Source of the DNA: Octopus bimaculoides
Lineage: Eukaryota
NCBI RefSeq assembly: GCF_001194135.2
Contig: NC_068985.1
Span: forward strand, 51,993,428 to 52,057,427
Direction of reading: 5' to 3'
Length of the DNA: 64,000 nt
In this document: positions 34,653-45,429 of the stretch, in pieces
Layout: each line of letters opens with the position of its first letter
Position numbering within the stretch: the first letter of the stretch is position 1
Position numbers and translations under genes: made by a program
The notes under the pieces: generated by a model
What the model was told of the DNA's origin: nothing
The model's input: the letters and a program-made list of their open reading frames with translations, nothing else
Database searches by the model: none

Positions 34653-35057
34653 TACATGTACATGTGTATATATATATATATTCATATATATATATATATG
34701 AATGTGTGTATATAGTGTATACATATATACATGTATATCTATATCTATATATTCATATATATTCATATATATGTATGTGTATATATATNNNNNNNNNNNN
34801 NNNNNNNNNNNNNNNNNNNNNNNNNNNNNNNNNNNNNNNNNNNNNNNNNNNNNNNNNNNNNNNNNNNNNNNNNNNNNNNNNNNNNNNNNNNNNNNNNNNN
34901 NNNNNNNNNNNNNNNNNNNNNNNNNNNNNNNNNNNNNNNNNNNNNNNACAGATTCATATATATACACACAAGTGTGAGTGCGTACATATGTATTCATTAT
35001 GTATACACACACATATATACCTGTGAATATATATATATATATATATGAGTGTATGAA

Positions 35058-35121
<64 letters not shown>

Positions 35122-35326
35122 TGAGTGTGTGTGTATGTAATTCACAAGGAAATACAATGTAACATATGTCTAGCTTTATGTTCCCTACCTTCTAAAATTA
35201 TTTTTCTATTTTGAAAATGTATTGATACCCAGCTGTGTACTTACTTATACTCATATACACACATACACACATACATACATACATACTAACATACATACGT
35301 ACGCACAGATATAAATATATGCATAA

Positions 35327-35417
<91 letters not shown>

Positions 35418-35457
35418 TACACACACACACATATATATATATATATACATATATACA

Positions 35458-35493
<36 letters not shown>

Positions 35494-35500
35494 TATGTAT
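34380..35500. repeat. compound (TA)n/(CA)n/(TACA)n field with gaps
   Basis: Directly visible. Confidence 0.95.
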
Positions 35501-35505
35501 ATACA

Positions 35506-35950
35506 CAGTGTGTTCACAAAGTCTCTCCGCTGTAAGTATTTTATTGCAAACTAAATATTTATAAGATGGTATAGGACTACAAAAGAATATGTTAGACTTT
35601 ACAAGAATTTTAAAAAACTTTATAAGAGGTGTTGAATATGTCGTCCTTCGTTTTCAATACATGAATTGACTCTTATACACGTTTTGAAATGCATCTTGGA
35701 AAGCCTGACGCTGTATGGACCCTGTGAAGGTTATGATTGCGTCTTTTAGCTCATTAATAGTTTTCGGCCGATTCTTGGATACTGATCCTTCATTTGCTCT
35801 CCCGGAAAAGAAAAAAACTCTGGCGGTGTTAAATCAGGTGTTCTTGGTGGCCAAAGTCACTTTGAAATAATCCGTTCACCGAAAAACTCTTGAAGTAGCG
35901 GCATGGTGATGTGCGAAGTATGTGCTGTAGCTCCAACTTGCTGAAAGTAT
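35506..35950 (-). mobile_element. 3' half of a rosa/DD41D-related Tc1/mariner element
   Basis: TIR CAGTGTGTTCACAAAGT at 35506; minus-strand YFQQVGATAHTSHITMPLLQEFFGERIISK*LWPPRTPDLTPPEFF...NRPKTINELKDAI...CIENEGRHIQHLL* (stop near 35620) with frameshifts. Confidence 0.85.
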
Positions 35951-36044
35951 GCATTATTAATTTCACTATCAGTGAGTTGGCCTACAAATGGATAGACAAT
36001 ATTTGAGCAATATCTCAATTCAGACAATTAATCTTCTCAATTAA

Positions 36045-36486
36045 CCCAATTAAAGGAGGCAATTGATGAAAAACGTCCAGAATTGGCCAACCGAAAGGTT
36101 GTCATATTACATCAGGACAACGCAAGACCGCAACTTTCTTTGCAAACCAGGTAAAAATTGGTGGAGCTTGGATGGGATGTCCTAATTCACTCACCGTGCT
36201 CACCTGACCTTGCATCTTCGGATTATCATTTATTCCGATCCCTACAAAATGCTCTTAACGAGAAGAACTTCAATTCCTTAAAAGAGTGTAAAAACTACTT
36301 AGACCAGTTTATGACTCAGCAAGATGCCAAGTTCTGGGAGGATGGGATCACGAAGCTGCCTCAAATGTAGCGAAAGGTAGTGGAACAAAATGGGAAGTAT
36401 GTGGTTCGGTAAAAGTATGTACAACTGCCTAAATATTGTTAATGAATTTTACTTAAAAAATGCTACAAACTTTTTTACCAACCCTA
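36045..36486 (+). mobile_element. 3' half of a mellifera-like mariner
   Basis: QLKEAIDEKRPELANRKVVILHQDNARP...SPDLASSDYHLFRSLQNALN...FWEDGITKLP; stop 36410-36412; TIR-like end ACAAACTTTTTTACCAACCCTA. Confidence 0.9.
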
Positions 36487-37433
36487 TGTATGTATGTATG
36501 TATGTATGTATGTATGTATGTATGTATGTATACAAATGTATGTGAAGATTTACAGGATTCTAGATGTATGTTTTCCTGGTTTGAATAATTGCATATCTCT
36601 CCAATTGAGAAATAGTCGATTTCTAGTCTAAAAGCATGACGCTTTCACTGGAACTTAAACAGCCCTGCACGCATCCATATANNNNNNNNNNNNNNNNNNN
36701 NNNNNNNNNNNNNNNNNNATATATATATATATATAGAGTACGAGAATTTTAATGGAGATAAAGCTCCAGTATATAGTACAACGGTTTTTTCACTCGTATA
36801 TGAGCTAAAGATTAATAAAATTTGGTATAAGATAAAAATTTCAGATATTTGTCTTAAACTTTCAGATAGGCAAATTCATAATTCAGATGGATGCTATGAG
36901 ATATTATTCCATTCAAATAACCACATATTTATATTAAGACATAATGATGAAAATATAGAAATATAAGAATATAAATATAAAAAATACGGCCGGCCTTCCA
37001 CATTGGTCGCGGCGCAAATATTAGACTGAGACCGACGCGTAGATTCTCAAGATTGGTATCGAGGAAGTTAGTCATGTAACCAATTCTTTTGATAATTATT
37101 AGTTGAAATCTGAATCAATAATTCGGATGTTGTACTTTAGATTTCTCATTAGTTTGAGCATAGGTATTTTCTGTCTACAAATATTTCCCATGTTGGTATC
37201 TGCTGTTCACATATTTCAAATAATGTATGTATGTATGTATGTATGTATGTATGTATGTATGTATGTATGTATGTATGTGTGTTTGTATTCATGCATTTAT
37301 GTATCTATAAATATATGTATGTTTGTATGTATGTATGCATGCACGTATATATAAATATAAATAGATATATAGATATAGATATATAAATATATAGGTATAT
37401 ACATATATGCATAAACATAGACACACACGAATA

Positions 37434-37480
<47 letters not shown>

Positions 37481-37532
37481 ACATACACACGCACGCACAC
37501 ACACATACATATAGGAACATATATATATATAT

Positions 37533-38331
37533 AAATGATTTTGAAGGCTGAAGAATAAATGATAACCAGATGGGGCAATGTCCGGCGAATATGGCAGGTG
37601 GGGTATCATTTCCCATTCAAACTACTCCAGTCTTTGGAATGTCATCCTCACTGTATGTGGCCGATGGTCGTTTTCCTTCTAGCGCGAACTCAAGCCGCAG
37701 TAGATCTTTGTTATCATTTGATTTCGGTTTAAAAGTTCAAAGTGGACTAGACCTTTCATATCTCACCAAACAGATAGCAGCACCTTATGTGGGTGAAGAT
37801 CTTCTTTAGCTTGGGGTGCCGGTGCTTCTCTCTTCCCTACCCATTGTCTTCGGCGCTTGACATTTTTATAGAGAACCCATTTCTCATTACCAGCCACTAT
37901 TCGGTTCAAAACATGGTTCATTCGTGAGACGTGATAACAAAGAAGAGCACACATTCACTCTCTACGCGGATTAGACTCGGAGAGGACGAGGCTCGTCTTC
38001 TAGGCTGTAGTTTCTGGCTCGGAATTTCTGGAACTGCCATTGACACTGGCATACGCTTATTGTCCTATCCCCATTTACTGCATTAATATTCCTTGCATTT
38101 TCCGTTGCTTTATTGCCTTTATTGAACTCATAAAGCAAAATATATCGAATATGCTCCTTTATCACTTCCATTATAGCTTTGAAAAACTAACTGCACTCTT
38201 CAAAACTTACATTATGAATAAATACAAGGTACAATTACTATCTGCTTTTATAGCAAGTTGATGCAGGTAGTCCCATTCCGTCTTTTAGTTTTTGCAATTG
38301 AAAAAACCGCATTATTTATGGGATGAACCAA
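37533..38331 (-). mobile_element. mellifera-like mariner, two internal deletions, 3' truncated
   Basis: TIR TTGGTTCATCCCATAAATAATGCGGTTTTT with flanking TA; MEVIKEHIRYILLYEFNKG...EDEPRP; NRIVAGNEKWVLY...KVLLSVW; PHLPYSPDIAPSGYHLFFSLQNHL cut by (TA)n. Confidence 0.9.
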
Positions 38332-38342
38332 TATATGTATAG

Positions 38343-38502
38343 ACGCAGGCGCGGTTGCTGGGTACGAAGCTTGCTGCCCAACGATATGGTTCTGTGTTCA
38401 AACCCATTGCACGGCATCTTGGTCAGATGTCTTCTACTGTAGCTTCGGACTGACCAAAGATTTGTGAGTGTATTTGGTAGATGGGAACTGAAAGAAGCCC
38501 AT

Positions 38503-38557
<55 letters not shown>

Positions 38558-38636
38558 TTATGTTTGTGTGTCTTTGTGTCTGAGTTTGTCCCCCAACAAT
38601 CGCTTGACAACCGATGTTGGTTTGTTTACGTCCTCG
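38343..38636 (+). mobile_element. SINE family B
   Basis: AGACGCAGGCGCGGTTGCTGGGTACGAAGCTTGC head; GAAAGAAGCCC-(TA)n-...CGCTTGACAACCGATG. Confidence 0.85.
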
Positions 38637-39083
38637 NNNNNNNNNNNNNNNNNNNNNNNNNNNNNNNNNNNNNNNNNNNNNNNNNNNNNNNNNNNNNNNN
38701 NNNNNNNNNNNNNNNNNNNNNNNNNNNNNNNNNNNNNNNNNNNNNNNNNNNNNNNNNNNNNNNNNNNNNNNNNNNNNNNNNNNNNNNNNNNNNNNNNNNN
38801 NNNNNNNNNNNNNNNNNNNNNNNNNNNNNNNNNNNNNNNNNNNNNNNNNNNNNNNNNNNNNNNNNNNNNNNNNNNNNNNNNNNNNNNNNNNNNNNNNNNN
38901 NNNNNNNNNNNNNNNNNNNNNNNNNNNNNNNNNNNNNNNNNNNNNNNNNNNNNNNNNNNNNNNNNNNNNNNNNNNNNNNNNNNNNNNNNNNNNNNNNNNN
39001 NNNNNNNNNNNNNNNNNNNNNNNNNNNNNNNNNNNNNNNNNNNNNNNNNNNNNNNNNNNNNNNNNNNNNNNNNNNNNNNNNNN

Positions 39084-39114
<31 letters not shown>

Positions 39115-39249
39115 TAAAATCGGTCAGTTGTAAGCCCGAAAAAGAGAACAGACGAAAAAGACTTTTTGAGTAGTCATGTTGAATGTTCCAGAAGTGAAGC
39201 GTTCAGTCAGTACCATTGTGAGAGAAAATTCGTATTGAGAAATAATACA

Positions 39250-39734
39250 GTAAATATTTCGTAAAAGACCCGTTCGTAACCTCGGTGTGAAATGATTTTT
39301 TTCCAAAGGATTTTTTCGAGTGTGTTCAAAGTATCTCACCTTCAAAGATTAGGCTGCTATTTCTAGCACGTCCTGCTACCACGTAACAGCTCTTCGCAAT
39401 AAAAGAGCCGAAATAGCTGTTACGCGGTAGAAGGGTGTGCAAGAAATAGCAGCCAAATCTTTCCTTTTCGTGTGATTTCGATGTCACATTCGTTGAAAGC
39501 ATAGGAAATAACTTGGAAAAGAAGAAAAATCCCCACGAAACAAAACTCCATTGGTGAGAAACTCAGAGTCTCCCGGGAAACTCCGAGGTTCCCATCACCC
39601 TCCCCCCTTTCTTTTCCAGAAGAAAGTGGTTTGCGCTGGATTTGGAGGTCGGATACGTTGAACGCACTCGAAAAAACCTGTGGAAAAAATTATTCAACAC
39701 CGAAGTACGAATGGGTCCTTTACAAAATATTTAC
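39250..39734. mobile_element. inverted-repeat element with about 90-bp arms
   Basis: 39250-39340 versus 39647-39734 reverse complement, roughly 80% identical by eye (TTGAAC.CACTCGAAAAAA.C.T.TGGAAAAAAT.ATT..ACACCGA). Confidence 0.7.
39344..39462. mobile_element. 119-bp hairpin/MITE
   Basis: 48-bp arms AAAGATT(A/T)GGCTGCTATTTCT(A/T)GCAC..CCT.CTACC.CGTAACAGCT with 23-bp loop. Confidence 0.8.
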
Positions 39735-39899
39735 CCAAGATCGGGACAGGCATCTGAATAGAAGGACCGATGTGACTGATAAAGCGAAGGATGAGCGTCT
39801 GATGGAACTGAGAGAAAGGGATAGATGCAAGGAGAGATCGGAAAGCTGAGAGTCTGACGAAACAGGTAAAGATACAAAAGCAGGGACGCCATGAATCGG

Positions 39900-40130
39900 A
39901 TGCTCATGTGAATACAAACGGAATAAAACGTTTCGCGTCAATCGGACCAGAGGTTACCGAGATACGCGGTTTTTTCGGGTACCTTTGTGAATAGGTAAAC
40001 CGGCGTATAATGGGGAAAATGTTTTGAAAGTAAGATACCATTGAAATGTGAATACACACAGAATAACAGAAGTTTCGCGTAAACCGAACCACGGATTCCC
40101 GAAATACGCGGTGTTTTTCGAGTACCTTGA
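39900..40130. repeat. direct repeat of about 139-bp period
   Basis: GTGAATACA.AC.GAATAA...GTTTCGCGT.AA.CG.ACCA...T.CCGA.ATACGCGGT.TTTTCG.GTACCTT twice. Confidence 0.8.
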
Positions 40131-40169
40131 ACTATTGGGTAGTCTTGTATATATACATACATACACACA

Positions 40170-40174
40170 CACAC

Positions 40175-40233
<59 letters not shown>

Positions 40234-40273
40234 CATATAAATTCACCTGTTATCATTTATCTAAATGCTCTAT

Positions 40274-40318
<45 letters not shown>

Positions 40319-40319
40319 C

Positions 40320-40381
<62 letters not shown>

Positions 40382-40599
40382 GTCTCTGTCTGTCTGTTCT
40401 AGTAAAAATGAACATACAGTTTCTTTAACATATAAGTAAATGTATGCATATACATAATGTATATATTTGTAATTGCTTACCAGTATGTTCAGTTGTTCGA
40501 GCGCGCGCGCGCGCGCGGAGGTGTTCAATAGTAACTTTCTGTTACTGGAAGAGCGCAAAAGTGTTAATGCAATAGGAAATATCTTAAGGAATCGAGCTT

Positions 40600-40658
<59 letters not shown>

Positions 40659-40692
40659 NNNNNNNNNNNNNNNNNNNNNNNNNNNNNNNNNN

Positions 40693-40759
<67 letters not shown>

Positions 40760-40789
40760 ACTCACACACGAACACACACACAGACACAC

Positions 40790-40820
<31 letters not shown>

Positions 40821-40924
40821 TTTATGTACATATGGATATATGTAAATACATATATATATTTATATATATATATATGTGTAGGTGTATGCATGTATGTGTG
40901 TGTGTATGTATGTGTGTATGTATG

Positions 40925-40935
<11 letters not shown>
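40170..40935. repeat. (TA)n, (TCTA)n, (CT)n, (TATG)n microsatellite cluster
   Basis: Directly visible. Confidence 0.95.
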
Positions 40936-40955
<20 letters not shown>

Positions 40956-41100
40956 ACATTTATTACAAATCATCAAAATTATTTCATGCATCATTATCAG
41001 CTGTTAATTGTTGAATGTTGAATACATTATACACATTATTACATTAATATGATTCAGCTTTAACTGTATGCATGCGCGTAAACTATACGTAACAACCAGC

Positions 41101-41143
41101 AATTAACACCTGATAATGATGCGTTGAAACAATTGTAGTAATT
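41101..41143 (+). ncRNA. decayed hammerhead-like motif
   Basis: CTGATAA...GAAAC-AATT-GT-A; perfect palindromic stem III ACAATTGT; G8 lost, stem II weak. Confidence 0.3.
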
Positions 41144-41440
41144 TGTAATAAAACCTGTTCAATCCGTCTTCTGGTATTAACATTTTTTTTTGCATGTTAT
41201 CTATGGATATTTACGGATTTCCACATTTTTGTCCGGTAACAAAAGTCCTACTGTATGATAACACTTGGTAGCCGATACCCGGAGTCTTGGAAGGCACACT
41301 ATAAGTTTTTTACTCATATCGTATCAATATATATGTATATATATATATATGGGAGAATATACAAATAATAACAACAGACGAGGACAGGTGGTGTAAATAA
41401 CAAAAGTATATATTAGTATGACGCTCGGGAATACGGAAAG

Positions 41441-41477
41441 TCTTTGACGTTTCGAGCTACACTCTTCAACAGAAAGA
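41441..41477 (-). ncRNA. type I minimal hammerhead ribozyme motif with CUGUUGA core
   Basis: UCUUU-CUGUUGA-A-GAGU(GUA)GCUC-GAAAC-GUC-AAAGA; stems I and II fully paired, GUC triplet. Confidence 0.6.
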
Positions 41478-42324
41478 ATACGGAGACAAGGAGAAAAACA
41501 CGGAGAAAAAAAATTGAATCGTGTTCAGTCAACGGNNNNNNNNNNNNNNNNNNNNNNNNNNNNNNNNNNNNNNNNNNNNNNNNNNNNNNNNNNNNNNNNN
41601 NNNNNNNNNNNNNNNNNNNNNNNNNNNNNNNNNNNNNNNNNNNNNNNNNNNNNNNNNNNNNNNNNNNNNNNNNNNNNNNNNNNNNNNNNNNNNNNNNNNN
41701 NNNNNNNNNNNNNNNNNNNNNNNNNNNNNNNNNNNNNNNNNNNNNNNNNNNNNNNNNNNNNNNNNNNNNNNNNNNNNNNNNNNNNNNNNNNNNNNNNNNN
41801 NNNNNNNNNNNNNNNNNNNNNNNNNNNNNNNNNNNNNNNNNNNNNNNNNNNNNNNNNNNNNNNNNNNNNNNNNNNNNNNNNNNNNNNNNNNNNNNNNNNN
41901 NNNNNNNNNNNNNNNNNNNNNNNNNNNNNNNNNNNNNNNNNNNNNNNNNNNNNNNNNNNNNNNNNNNNNNNNNNNNNNNNNNNNNNNNNNNNNNNNNNNN
42001 NNNNNNNNNNNNNNNNNNNNNNNNNNNNNNNNNNNNNNNNNNNNNNNNNNNNNNNNNNNNNNNNNNNNNNNNNNNNNNNNNNNNNNNNNNNNNNNNNNNN
42101 NNNNNNNNNNNNNNNNNNNNNNNNNNNNNNNNNNNNNNNNNNNNNNNNNNNNNNNNNNNNNNNNNNNNNNNNNNNNNNNNNNNNNNNNNNNNNNNNNNNN
42201 NNNNNNNNNNNNNNNNNNNNNNNNNNNNNNNNNNNNNNNNNNNNNNNNNNNNNNNNNNNNNNNNNNNNNNNNNNNNNNNNNNNNNNNNNNNNNNNNNNNN
42301 NNNNNNNNNNNNNNNNNNNNNNNN

Positions 42325-42355
<31 letters not shown>

Positions 42356-42364
42356 TATACATAT

Positions 42365-42395
<31 letters not shown>

Positions 42396-42590
42396 TACAT
42401 ACTACATATATGCATGTGTGTATGTATGCATAATCATCTTCCTAGGCTTATGTCAGTGTTAGGATTGTGCTGTAGATGTAGGTATGTACATATATGTATG
42501 TATACATCCATATGCTCATATATCATTTGTATTATTATGTATATATATATATTTGTGTAACTTTCTCCGTTTTTTCTGTCCTTGTTTTCG

Positions 42591-42621
<31 letters not shown>

Positions 42622-42744
42622 GCATCTGTCTATCAATATAGATAGATGTAGATAGATAGATAGACAGGTAGATGCATATGCGTTTGTATGTACACTCATA
42701 CACACACACATACACATATCGATATATATGTATGCATATTCTTC

Positions 42745-42825
42745 TTTTAATCTTCTTTTACACATTGCAGTCGTTTGACAGCGACCATGCTGGAGCACTG
42801 CCTAAAAGGCTTTTTGTCGAAGACA
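42745..42825 (-). mobile_element. SINE family B tail
   Basis: CAGTCGTTTGACAGCGACCATGCTGGAGCACTGCC. Confidence 0.75.
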
Positions 42826-42867
42826 TATTTATTATATGCAAATAAGTGTATATATGTGTATGTTTAG

Positions 42868-42909
<42 letters not shown>

Positions 42910-43642
42910 AAGGGTTTATTATATGTATGCACTTATTGATATATAAATTCATATACACATATACATGCATATATATTTGTGTACGTGCGCTCGTGCGTGC
43001 GCTCGTGCGCGCGTGTGAGTATGCACCTCAGCGCGTGTCTAAGCATGTACAACTCGATAAACAAATATACGCACTAAAAGAAACATCCTACGCGTGCAAA
43101 GGTCAGCGAATGTATATATTTTGGTATTATATANNNNNNNNNNNNNNNNNNNNNNNNNNNNNNNNNNNNNNNNNNNNNNNNNNNNNNNNNNNNNNNNNNN
43201 NNNNNNNNNNNNNNNNNNNNNNNNNNNNNNNNNNNNNNNNNNNNNNNNNNNNNNNNNNNNNNNNNNNNNNNNNNNNNNNNNNNNNNNNNNNNNNNNNNNN
43301 NNNNNNNNNNNNNNNNNNNNNNNNNNNNNNNNNNNNNNNNNNNNNNNNNNNNNNNNNNNNNNNNNNNNNNNNNNNNNNNNNNNNNNNNNNNNNNNNNNNN
43401 NNNNNNNNNNNNNNNNNNNNNNNNNNNNNNNNNNNNNNNNNNNNNNNNNNNNNNNNNNNNNNNNNNNNNNNNNNNNNNNNNNNNNNNNNNNNNNNNNNNN
43501 NNNNNNNNNNNNNNNNNNNNNNNNNNNNNNNNNNNNNNNNNNNNNNNNNNNNNNNNNNNNNNNNNNNNNNNNNNNNNNNNNNNNNNNNNNNNNNNNNNNN
43601 NNNNNNNNNNNNNNNNNNNNNNNNNNNNNNNNNNNNNNNNNN

Positions 43643-43674
<32 letters not shown>

Positions 43675-43729
43675 GAAAAGATAGACAGACAGTGAAACTG
43701 ATACAAGAACAGATAGACAGATAAATGGG

Positions 43730-43777
<48 letters not shown>

Positions 43778-43779
43778 CG

Positions 43780-43829
<50 letters not shown>

Positions 43830-44139
43830 CGGATAGATAGATAAGTACATAGACAGACATAAAAGAGAATTGTTGAATTATAGGATCTGTATTAACCAAT
43901 AAAGCAAAAATTAAGTTTAATGAACTAAACCAAAATATAATTAAAAGAAAGAAGTGTTAGTAACACTAGTAGTTGTAGTAGCAGCAGCAGCAGTCTGTGG
44001 TTGTGGTGTTGGTGGTGGTGGTTATAGCAATAATTAGTACGTTATCATCGTTATTATTATTATTATTATTGTTATTATCACATAAAGGCAACAAAAAATA
44101 AGAAAAGTAATGTGTTTGATTTTGTATACGTATGTTCAG

Positions 44140-44384
44140 TATGTGATTATGTGATTGTGTAAAATGTGTGCTTGTGTGTGAATTGTGTTGTGTATGTGTG
44201 ATGTGTAACAGTGTATTCGATGTGTGCGTGGTGTGTGTGTGTGTAATGTGTGTGGTTTGTGTGATTGTGTGTGTGATGTGTGTGGTTTGTGTGATTGTGT
44301 ATGGTGGATGTCAGTGTGTGTATGACTATAATTTTCTGTGTGTGATTGACTGTTTGTATGTATGACTTTGTGTGCTTGTGTGTA

Positions 44385-44426
<42 letters not shown>

Positions 44427-45128
44427 TTGTATGTAGATGTATATCATACACAATATGCGGTGCGTAGATGTGTATGACTGTATGACAATGCGTGCTTCTG
44501 TGTGTATGTATGATTTTGTGTCTGAGTGGTATGCATGTATTAATGTGTGAACAAGTGTCATACGCAAAATGCAGCGCGCGTGTGTGTGTGTATGTATGAT
44601 TGTATGTATGTGTATGCGTATATGAATGATTGTGCGTGTGTGAATATGTGAACGTATGTCGCACACACATTATGTAGGGTATATTTATGTATGCGTATAT
44701 ATGTGCGTGTGACTGTACGAGTTTGTGATTGTGATTTTGTGTGTTGAGTGTGTGTGTGTACGTGTGTACGTGTGTGCTTGTGTACAACTTTATATGAACG
44801 TGTGTCACAGCAATGTGCAGTATGTATATGTATGTATGACTGTGTGTTTATGTATGAATGCGTATGTACGTATGTATGTATGTATCTATCTATGTGTGCA
44901 TGTGTATGTGTGACGGTGTGTGTATATCTATATGTTCGTATGTTTATGTGTATGAGTATGTAAGACTCTCTGTATGAATGTGTGTATATATAAGTATGAT
45001 TGTGCGTGTATGTATGTGTATGATTGTGCGTGTATGTATGTGCATGAATGACTGTACGTATGTATATATGTATGTATGTATGTGTTTGTGAGTGTATGCG
45101 TGCGTGTACGTGTGTCACCGACGAAATA

Positions 45129-45174
<46 letters not shown>

Positions 45175-45175
45175 G
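44140..45175. repeat. degenerate (TG)-rich low-complexity tract of about 1 kb
   Basis: Directly visible; source of His/Thr and Val/Cys pseudo-ORFs. Confidence 0.9.
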
Positions 45176-45429
45176 TATGGAAGATTATAAGCGTTGCGGA
45201 AGAAGCTAGTCGTTTTGTTTCATTCAATTGATTCCTACCTGGTCTTTGACGAAGTTTTTTTTTGCTGGTCGATCCAATATGTGGCAGGGACATTAGAAGG
45301 ATATGCACTAGACACAGACTGGCTGTTGGTAACGTCAACCACATTTCTAGTTCAGACCGACCGCGCCAACTACACTCAAAACACGACCTTCCAATCAAAC
45401 CTTGCAATCTAACACCCCTTGCCACCTTC

